Shown here in pieces: positions 8,366-18,000 of a DNA stretch of 64,000 nt; the stretch's first letter is position 1, and the number at the start of each line of letters is the position of its first letter. Origin of the DNA: Candidatus Poseidoniales archaeon (GTDB taxonomy: Archaea; Thermoplasmatota; Poseidoniia; Poseidoniales; Thalassarchaeaceae); NCBI GenBank assembly GCA_012959435.1, contig DUDF01000074.1, forward strand, positions 37,234 through 101,233, read 5' to 3'. The notes below the pieces were generated by a model, which was not told where the DNA came from, made no database searches, and was given only the letters and a program-made list of their open reading frames with translations. The position numbers were made by a program, and so were the translations under genes.

Positions 8366-11300
8366 ATGAAGAGAGCAACAAGTTTGGTTTTAGCACTGCT
8401 GATGTTAATGAGCATCGTAGCAAGCCTAAACCCAATAGAATTGAATGAAAAAGAGCAGGTGGATGATACCAATGGCCGAGCCGATTATGAGGTTTGGTTG
8501 ATGGGTGCAAACTCACCTCGTGAATCAACGACTGATATGACCGGCACGGTAAGAAATTCCGTGGACGCTGGAGAGGAGGTATTATTCGACATCGTCATCA
8601 AGAACGATGGTGACAACGATATATCTGAATTGACAGTTACTGTAACTGTATCTCCTAAGAGTAACTCATCTTCATTGCTAATCAATGCTGAAGACGCTGC
8701 AGTTTGTGATGACATAATTTCTTGTGGTATCCAAAACTTTGCATCTGGCGATTATTTGGCTAACGGCCATTATATTGTTCGTGATTCAACTGGAGCAAAT
8801 CTGGCTTGGACACCAGCAGTACCCGGTATGTATACAATTCATATCGAGATTGATGCTGCTGATCAAGACACCAATTTGAACAACAACATCCTAGATTATG
8901 ATGTTGATGTAGTGGATTGGTATGATATCTCAACAGAACTTACTTGGGATTCAGGAGACGACCCAATGTCTGGCGCAGGTCCACATGGATTTACTATGAC
9001 AGCATTTGTCAATGGTAGTGCAGAGTGGGCCCCTCGTGATGTTCAGATGGACGTCACAATGAATGGATTATTCCAAGCATTCCATGACGATGGTACGAAT
9101 ACTAACCCTGTTTCAATGTTTTCTACAACTAGTGATGGAGCGAACTCTGGGCCTATGGAAAACTGCCCTCAAGGACCAGGTGCTAGTTCATGTACATGGA
9201 CAGTAAACTTCGGTGAATTGTTTGGCGCTGGCCAAAATTTGACCACAAATGACATTGAAGTATTCAGCAACCTTTCAATGGAACCGCCAACTCTTGAGAT
9301 GGCAAGTGACAGGGGCGAAACCCGCCAAGTCCCTGACTTCCAGACCGCATACACCTTTGCAGGTACTATCCAAGGAGATTCGGCTAACGCAAATGGCGTA
9401 GGGACATTCACAGTCATGTCGTCTCTATCTAAGTATACTATGTATGAAATGATATCAACAGAAGACCAATCAGGCGCTCACCCACCTGCTGCTCCAACCA
9501 TTACTATGGAAGAGCGCGACCATACTCTTGACGATAGAAACGGAAACAATGATGCATTGATAACTGCAACCTTTGCCTCCTATCATGATGCACAAGTCAT
9601 CAATGTTGAGGCAGGTAACCCTCGTCAAGAAAGCGGCCGATTGGACGCTGGAATGACTCGGCTTTTCGCAACCATTGCTCACAGTGGTAGCGACCGAAAC
9701 ATCAACTATGATTGGATGGTTATGTTCAACGTAAAGGATTCAAATGGCGATGATATCATGGGCTCACCTTTCCCTGCAACAGAATGTGACAACCCAGATG
9801 ACCCTGAAGGTTCAACCTCGCACGAGTACTTGGGAGAAATGTTCCCGGCTACTCTTGAAGCAACTGCTTGCAATACGATAATGATTGACCCAGGTATGTT
9901 TTCAGTAAGTGCGACCGTTAATTTAATTGACGCATCAATGACTGATGGTGACAACGCTACTGATTGTACGCTCTCTACTACTCCTGACTGTAAGGTTGAC
10001 ATGAACACGGCTAACGACATGCGCACTGGACACTTTGAAGTCCTAAACTCGGGCCCATCGGCTTACCTGACAATGGATGAAGTTGAGGGTGACATCATTG
10101 ATGGAACACACATCACCTTCTCTGCACGTGCAGAACATCTTAGCCAGCCTGATATGGATATGGATGGAAATCCTGATCCATTTGGGTACATGTGGTCGAT
10201 GTCTGGTAATGAGATGGACCCACAGTTGGATATGTGTAGTGGTCAGCAAGATCCAATGACAGGCAATGTTATGGGAGGAAGTCCTGATTGTACAGTTGAC
10301 ATGAATCTTATGTGGTTGGGCTCCCCAACAATGATTGTTACAGTAGTGGATTACTGGGGTGCAGATGCATCTGCACAACTAACATTCAATGTTTGGAATA
10401 ACTATTCCAACGTTAATTCTGGAGATTGCTGGAGTGCTGAATACGATATTCTGTATGCTGGGAATCAGCAGTACACTGCACAATTCTCAGATGCTGATGG
10501 TGTAACAAACCAAGAATTACCTGGCAGCACAGCTAGGTACGATTCAGTCTGTGCATTCGAGATGGAAGTAAGTGGAATACTTGCACCTACTGATGTTAAC
10601 AGCGAAGACTTGACTGTGACTTTAGACGCAGACCCAACAGTTGGGCATTCTCTTTGGTATGAGGGTGGTACAGGGTGGGTTGAGTTGGCAGGTACAACTC
10701 AAACTCAGGTTGATGCAGATACAATTAATCTGTCATGGAGCAATGATGGTACTCTACCATCTCGCTCATCATCTCGATATGCAGTATTCGCATCTGCTAC
10801 TATTGGACAACCACCACTGATTGGTGTTGATTCGTTGACAGCAACCCTCAGTACTGCTGGAGTAATTGACCTTTCATGGAACATCACTAATCAACAACTC
10901 ACTGGAGCAGGGGATTTTGGTGTGCTTTACGTCAATGACGCTGGAGCAGCCCTTGATGGCACACGCAGTACCTTTGAATTGACAACAACAACCCACACAA
11001 TTTCTGGGACACACGGCACGACATACGAGTTCCTTGTGCGTGTAGAGAACGGACAAGTCGGAGCAGATGACAGCGCTCTATACGGTACACCTGTTGATTC
11101 AGGAAGTGCAACTGCAGACGGTCAAGTAGACCCAACAGCAGGAGCCGCTGACCTTGAGGCTGTAAGTTCTGGTGAATCAAGCATTCACTTCACCTGGAGT
11201 GCTACAGATACAAGCGATGTCAACAACTGGCTAATTTGCTGGTCACCAGCACAACACACCTCACTTGAGGTTTCAAGCCTAATCACTGCAGGCAACTGTC

Positions 11301-11617
11301 ACACCACTGCTGATTCTAGCATGGATATTACAATGGACAGGCACTCAGGATCTGGTGTCTTCTACTACTCAGTAGCAGCAGTTGATTCAGTTGGTAACAT
11401 GGAGACAGCAGCCTCCACTGCAGGTTTGAGATTCACTGATGACAGTGGGCCAGGCGTGAACGTTGACGACACTATCGGTGTTGAAGGTGGAGAAGGAGAA
11501 ATCCCAACCCAAGCTTGGATTGCAATCGGCATACTTGTCCTAGTGGCAGTTATCGCAGGTGCATTCATCCTAACCCGCGGTGGCGGCGAAGGCGATTCCG
11601 ACGAATTTGACTACTGA
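8366..11617 (+). CDS. Secreted, C-terminally membrane-anchored cell-surface protein (CARDB-like N-terminal domain, FN3-like C-terminal repeats), 1,083 aa
   Basis: Signal peptide 'MKRATSLVLALLMLMSIVASL'. CARDB-like 'GEEVLFDIVIKNDGDNDISELTVTVTV'. FN3-like units '...IDLSWNITN...YEFLVRVENG' and 'IHFTWSATD...YYSVAAVDSVGN'. C-terminal TM 'AWIAIGILVLVAVIAGAFIL' followed by 'TRGGGEGDSDEFDY'. Confidence 0.7.
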   Translation: MKRATSLVLALLMLMSIVASLNPIELNEKEQVDDTNGRADYEVWLMGANSPRESTTDMTGTVRNSVDAGEEVLFDIVIKNDGDNDISELTVTVTVSPKSNSSSLLINAEDAAVCDDIISCGIQNFASGDYLANGHYIVRDSTGANLAWTPAVPGMYTIHIEIDAADQDTNLNNNILDYDVDVVDWYDISTELTWDSGDDPMSGAGPHGFTMTAFVNGSAEWAPRDVQMDVTMNGLFQAFHDDGTNTNPVSMFSTTSDGANSGPMENCPQGPGASSCTWTVNFGELFGAGQNLTTNDIEVFSNLSMEPPTLEMASDRGETRQVPDFQTAYTFAGTIQGDSANANGVGTFTVMSSLSKYTMYEMISTEDQSGAHPPAAPTITMEERDHTLDDRNGNNDALITATFASYHDAQVINVEAGNPRQESGRLDAGMTRLFATIAHSGSDRNINYDWMVMFNVKDSNGDDIMGSPFPATECDNPDDPEGSTSHEYLGEMFPATLEATACNTIMIDPGMFSVSATVNLIDASMTDGDNATDCTLSTTPDCKVDMNTANDMRTGHFEVLNSGPSAYLTMDEVEGDIIDGTHITFSARAEHLSQPDMDMDGNPDPFGYMWSMSGNEMDPQLDMCSGQQDPMTGNVMGGSPDCTVDMNLMWLGSPTMIVTVVDYWGADASAQLTFNVWNNYSNVNSGDCWSAEYDILYAGNQQYTAQFSDADGVTNQELPGSTARYDSVCAFEMEVSGILAPTDVNSEDLTVTLDADPTVGHSLWYEGGTGWVELAGTTQTQVDADTINLSWSNDGTLPSRSSSRYAVFASATIGQPPLIGVDSLTATLSTAGVIDLSWNITNQQLTGAGDFGVLYVNDAGAALDGTRSTFELTTTTHTISGTHGTTYEFLVRVENGQVGADDSALYGTPVDSGSATADGQVDPTAGAADLEAVSSGESSIHFTWSATDTSDVNNWLICWSPAQHTSLEVSSLITAGNCHTTADSSMDITMDRHSGSGVFYYSVAAVDSVGNMETAASTAGLRFTDDSGPGVNVDDTIGVEGGEGEIPTQAWIAIGILVLVAVIAGAFILTRGGGEGDSDEFDY

Positions 11618-11673
11618 AGTTGAATTGGAATAGGAAGCAACAACACAAAGACCCGCATTAGCGGGAAACCCTC

Positions 11674-11713
11674 GGACAGGGGGCCCTACGGGCCCCCTGT
11701 CCTTTTTCATTTT
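11674..11713 (+). terminator. Perfect 13-bp stem / 3-nt loop hairpin followed by a T-rich run
   Basis: ggacagggggccc-tac-gggccccctgtcc (11674-11702), then tttttcatttt. It lies 57 nt after the stop of the 8366 gene. Confidence 0.6.
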
Positions 11714-12090
11714 CAGGACTCAAAACTTTTCGATTCGTTTAGAACTTTAAATTAGTGAATGCACAAACACCGATCATCAATGATGTACAGATTATCCGAA
11801 TTAATTCAATAATAAGTGATTATCAACCAATTCAAGAATTTATTGTCAACCGCATCGATTCAAAATATTAGATTTTTTTATACAAAATAGCGAGGGATTA
11901 TTACTAATTCATGGCATTAGAAAAAGTGTTACAAAACGTTTGTACTACATTTTTTCTCGACTTTTTTTAACATTCAATAAGGCCGCCGTACTCCATTCCA
12001 AATTAAAGCATCAAAGGATACGTACCCATATCGTTATAGGCGCGACAAAGCGTGCGAAGGAGTGTTATACGACAGTTTGGGGTATGAACA
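11714..12090 (+). promoter_or_regulatory. Long AT-rich non-coding leader/promoter region upstream of the giant gene
   Basis: About 377 nt with no ORF of note. Several TATA-like elements are present (e.g. 'tttttttatacaaaata' ~11873-11890, 'gttataggcg' ~12042, 'gttatacgac' ~12063). An imperfect direct repeat TCAACC..ATTCAA occurs at ~11822-11866. Confidence 0.3.
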
Positions 12091-15000
12091 ATGGTGACAA
12101 AAAAGAATAAAGTGACTTTCGGGGGCAGTTGGCTATTGCTAACTCTCTTGATGATTGGAATGAGTTGGAGCGCTGCGGTTTCGCCGGTAACGGAAAATTT
12201 GCAGACTTCTGAAAACGATGGGGCAGAGTCTATTGACGACCTGCTGACTCTACCGGGTGATGTAATTAATCCGGCAGATAATGATGAATTTGGATATGAC
12301 GCAGGTGCTGAGCTAATCGGCTCCCGTACAGAAACCGCTAAAACCTTCTTGAAAGGTGATGGCGATTTTGAAGTTATTGTCTCTCCAGTGCCAGTCCATT
12401 ACTTGGACGATGGTGCATGGGAAGAGATAGACTTGTCAATCGAATCCAATGAAGAGGGATGGAGTGTCACACAGAACACATTCGAGACCTACTTCGGAAA
12501 CGATGCTCGTCAGGGTGTCCAAATGGTAGTTAATGGGGTATCCATTCGCTACGGTATTATGCCACAAATAGTGGTTCTAGATGGCAACACGCTATCTCCG
12601 GAACCTTACATGGCAAAGCCTAGCAGTGAACCTATTGATGTCGGTGGGAATGTAATCAGATATCCTATGTTATCTGGTATCTCGCTTGATTACAAGGTAA
12701 CTCCAACTCAGTTGAAGCAGAACCTCGTCATCCGAGAAGCACCAAACCTACTTGACCACCAGAAGGAGTCAGGATACTTCGGTATTGCAGAAACAATGAT
12801 TCTGCCAGCCGGATATGCTATCTTCCTAGGTGAGTCGCCTATTGCAGATGGAGAATTGGTGAAGACCAACCAATCACTCAGTATCCGCAATTTGGATACA
12901 GGTGAGGAATTGGTAGCGATCCCGCAACCTCTCGTTGAAAGTGTTGAACCTTCAGAAGAAGGCCCACACATCGGCGAGTACGTGATTCGGGTTCAAGGGG
13001 ACCAAGTTACTCTGACAACAGTCGTTGAGAATACATGGCTGATGGACAGTGATAACCGTTCTTTCCCAATTGCTATTGATCCAACTATGGACAAGGGTGC
13101 TCAGCGTGCTGGATATGCATACTACTACCGCATCACTCGATGGGGTTGGTACACATCCACATACGAATACGCATACTCTACTTCTTCATTGGGGTACACT
13201 TGCAGAGGCTCAGGTTCAGGCGCTAACAGTTGTACATCGGGTAGTTACACCTGGTACTACCGATACACTTGGTACCGCTTCGATTTCAACAGCGCGTTAC
13301 CAACTGGTGCGACTGTCAACAGCGTAGATTTCAAATCTAGTGTTGGTAGGTACCAAAGCGGGGCGCGGAATTTCGAAGTTGCTGTACTGAAGTCAGGTAG
13401 CAGTCAATCTAGTAATATGATTGACCCGAGTAGCTATCTGTATAGTAGTGGTAGATATTTGAACCGCTATATTAGAAACAGCGCAGCATCGTCTTCGTCT
13501 ACGTCATTGAGTGACCCAGGTTACTATTGGAATGGCGGTAACGTGCGATCCATTGGATTGAACACTAATGGGGTCGATGACGTACAAGATGCAGTTGATG
13601 GTAATGGAGCAGGTGGTACTGGGAACATCCTTGGACTAGGTCTGAGAAATACCGCTAACGCACCGTTCTGGTATTGGTGTATGACGAGTTACTACAGTTA
13701 CTATGGTTGCACAAGTGCTGCCAAGTATCCGCATTTGCATCTGGATTACAGTGGTGGTTCTGATACCGAACCTCCAGAGGACACATTTGTGCCTTACACT
13801 GGTCTAATAACTCACCGAGCAGAGCAGAGAACTTTCTGGCTCAGCCTAAAGGACACAACTGGTGTTGACACCACAACTAATGGCGGACCGTCACTAAGTT
13901 ACAGTGTTGATAACGGTACTTGGACCAACGTACATGCGACCGCATTGGGCACATGTCTTGCTGGATACTGGTGTAATTTCCGTGCCGTAATACCTGCGGT
14001 ACAGGATGGTGAATATGTTGAGTATTTCTGGGCATTCCAGGACTTGAAAGGGACTCTTGCCGGAACAACCGGTAGTCCCAACTTCAAGACTTTGCCCGTG
14101 GGTGGAACTGGTTCCCCAAGCAGTGTAACTGCTCCAAGTTCCCCTTACAACTACTTCGTACAACCAGATGATCAAGCAGATGCTACTAATAGCGATGGAA
14201 CTCCTAACAATAAGTGGCAACTAAAGATTGACCAATTAACCAATTTCCGATACTATTCGGTTTATCGATACTTTGATGAGCAAATTACATACTATGAAGA
14301 TACGCAAGAATACATTTGGGAGTATGATACTTCTAATTGTGGGACAGGAAATTACCAGTGTTTCAACACTGGTGCTTCTTACGAAATGAGATACAGTCCA
14401 ACTGTTAGTTCATACTCGTACTCAAATTGCGCTCAGAGTGCAACTTGTGTTGTAACAAAGCCTACTGGCTTGAGCATGACTGGCCAGAACGGCCCTGGCA
14501 TGTCCACAATTTGGTGGTACAATGCTGCAGAAGGAGCATTCACAGTAGTTGGTCTAGATGATGAAACTGGAATCGATCAGCCTGTTTCAAGTTCACCAGT
14601 AGGTACACAGGGCGGTGGTCGTAATTGCGATGACTGTTACTCTGCAGTACCAATACCTGGTGACATCACCATGAAGTTCGGTTCATTGAGTGTTAACGCA
14701 AGTTACACATCAAGCCGCAACACAAGAAATCATTTCTGTGTTAACAGCAACAACCATCCTCTGTACTTCTTGAGCAGCGGCAGCAGTAACCCATACTGTC
14801 TCTACTCATACAGTACCTACCGCTATGACCGCCAATTCAACGGTTGGATGGCACCAGGTTTCGATGGTCGTTGGTCAGCTAACACTGACATCTTCCAGAA
14901 GGTAAGTTCAGTTAGGCCAGTGCCTGATATCTTCCCACCAGAGTTTGACCACACAGGATTGATGGATACTCACAGTGTGGATGACAGGACAGTGACAGTA

Positions 15001-18000
15001 GGAATGAAAGATGCTGGAGATCCTCCATCAGGCATGAATACATCATCAGGTACTGATGCAAATGGAGTCCTTGAAGGACCACATCTTCTATACCGTGTAT
15101 ACAATGCTAGTAGTTCTTCATGGGGTAACTGGATTACCCGCGCAATGGCACAGGAAGCAGGCAAGACTCGCGCACAATGTGAACAAATGGATTGTGACTG
15201 GTCTACTAGTATCCCTGGTACAGACCGTGATAACAGTGTTGAATACAGTATTCACGCTAAGGATATCCTTGGCAACTGGAATAACTCCACTGCTACAAGT
15301 TATCTAATTGGAACGCCAACTCAGGTATTTACCGTTGAGTGGCATGACATGAATTGCGGATTTGGTCAACAATACAAGTGCTCTTACCAAATTAAGATGT
15401 ACGATGTAACAAATGAGATTGAGTATCACTATGATACTGGCTCATCTGCTTACTATGATTACGAGACCATTGGTTACCAAAAGGGTGGTTCATCACTCAT
15501 TGGTGCTACTCTAAGAGAGAGAGGTCCCGGATATATTGCTGGTGCAAACCCATACGCTAACAACTTCCGAATTGCGACAGATGGTAACAACCACGCAAAT
15601 GAGAAGATGGCACCAGGAATGACTGAATTGTACAATTACGATGAAGTATTTACTGGCAACTCTAACGGGAATCCATACACATACTACTGCACACGATACT
15701 GGTATAACTACCGAAATCAATGTGCTGAAGTAATTGACGTCCCAGCAGGATTTGATATTGATTACTTCGGTACCACTTACAGTGGTAACAGTAGTGACAA
15801 GTTACACGTGATCCGCCACGGTGCAGCAGCTTTCAGCACATCAACATCAACAACACCGATGCAGATGGCGTATTATGGATGGGGCAGTAATTGGCCTACC
15901 ATGCCTAACTCAGGTTCATACGCGCGCAATGCAATGTTGACTCCATGGTTCGGTTACTACGGTGCATACTACTGTTACAACGGTGGTAGCAACGAATGCA
16001 GTATCCGCACAAAGACCATCCCATTCGATGGTGCTGGTATGGATGTTTACGCAGACATTACTCAAGACACAATATGGGATATAGAAATGAGTCCAATTCG
16101 TGTTGTGCCAAGTGGTGACTATCTACGTGTAACAGCAAATCTAGTGATTGATGCAGGTGTCGAAGTTCAATTCGCACCAGGTAAAGGATTAGATATGGCA
16201 GGAACATGTTCCCGCTTGACTACTCAAGGAAATGCAACCCACCCAGTGTCGGTTAGCAATCTTGGTAACGGAAACGGTAAGGGATTTGCATTCACCAGCG
16301 GTTGTGCAGACACTGATGACAGGCACATGTTCAACAACACTGACTTCAGCAACTTAGATGTTGCAATCAGTGCAGGTAGCCGTCACGGAAATGCACCTCA
16401 CCACAACGGAAATGTAGGTAACTTTACCTTTGACACAGTCACATTTACCGATGTTGGTACTGCAATCAAGCACGGTTCAGGAACAGGTACTGGTTTTGAT
16501 CTCTCTGGAGTTTCAATAACCAATGCAACTAACTCCTGTATTGACTTGCCTGACGATGCAGTATTGTCATGGTTAGAAGGTTCGGCAACGAACTGTAACA
16601 TGGGTAGTTCATCTACTGAAGGTGCTATCAAGACCGGTGACGGAAGCGATATTTACCTAGAGAATCTAACTATTAATGATGCAGCGCATAACGGTGTCTT
16701 TGGTGAAGCAATGTCAATTCATGCTAGCAACGTTAGCATGTCAACAAGTGGACTATCAAGCACAGAAGTTGGTGGGACGGCCCTCGGCCAAACATCACTG
16801 GCAACTACTGGATCAAGTTTCTTTGCTAACAATATTGATGCAGCAGGATATGCAAATGCTATCGTGTCATATGCTACAGACAGCATGTCGATGACAGACA
16901 TTAGTGGAGGTTCAATCTCGTTGGCTCCAGGAGGTACCGCAGGTACTATGCTTGGTGACTCAGGTTGGTCCGCTAGTGGAATTACCAGTACTGGTAATAT
17001 GGTGATGTCAAGGACTACTCCAGGTTCAATGGATAATGTAGACCTAGATGGATATCTTCGCATGGACGGAACAGCGTCTACAGGCGACATGGTTTCACTA
17101 ACTGGTCTAGTTGCTGACGGTATTACAATCGCAGGATGCGGTTGGAATGTCCGAGCTGATGAGGCTGACCTTGGTGATGCAACCAACGGCGTATGGGCAA
17201 CTGCTTCGTGTACATCAAGCAGTGCTTCTAGCACATTGACTGTCGCAGGCGGTTCAATGGACGGTAGTTCCTCTAACGCAAATATTATTTATGCACGTAA
17301 TGCAAAGGTTACAGTCGCAGATGTGGCAATAACTGGCCAAACATCTAGCGGCGCGTATGTAGCACAAGCAAGCACTAACGGTGATGTTAGATTAATCGGT
17401 GTCTCATGGAGAGGTCTCGATTGTGCAGATGCAGCTGGTTGGACAGGAATGTCCGACTGTTGGGTTGATGTTTCATCATCCTCAGGTGCATTGTATGTCG
17501 GTGGAACTGCTAATGTTGCAGCATACCGTGTAATGAACTTTGTACCAGTATTCGTTGCTGACCATTCAGTTACTACCACTACAGTAAGCACTTCGGGCAC
17601 TTGCCCAGGTGCTGCTTGTGTAGTCACTGATGTTACATCAGTTGGTACATCTAATACAGATAGTTCTGGAAACGCTATTGTTTGGTTACTTCAAGACAAG
17701 TTAGAGAAGGTTAGTGGATCAACCTCTGTTACTGACTCGTACACAGACCACCGAATCGCCATTGCTGGCGGTGCAGGTCAGAACGAGACAGGACCAGCTG
17801 ACGTATGGTATTCACCAACATGTCTGATTAACAGCATGGATTGTTCTATGCCGTTAAGCCCAGGTGATCAAGTATACATCAAGTTGGAAGCGTTCCCACA
17901 AGATTGGAACGGCGCAACTAAGAATTGTGCGTTCTTGAATTCAAACACATCTGTATCTAACGGTTACTACCTATACACAATGCAAATCATTACTCTATCA

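Noticed and set aside
12085-12087. ATG 6 nt upstream of the giant gene start.
   Set aside because: It is out of frame and terminates after 8 codons (atg aac aat ggt gac aaa aaa gaa taa). ATG 12091 opens the long frame and gives a proper signal peptide.
11714-12090. The AT-rich 377-nt region as a replication origin.
   Set aside because: I saw no ORB-like inverted repeats and no adjacent orc1/cdc6. It is more simply explained as the promoter and leader of the giant gene.
16719-17234. Long minus-strand ORFs inside the giant gene (16719-17234, 17289-17627, 19707-20153, 21831-22172, 24401-24742 and others).
   Set aside because: They lie entirely antisense to a 13.9-kb ORF with clear domain content. 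Their translations are low-complexity (Ser/Pro/Val/Thr-rich) with no motifs. These are typical shadow ORFs produced by the codon bias of the sense strand.
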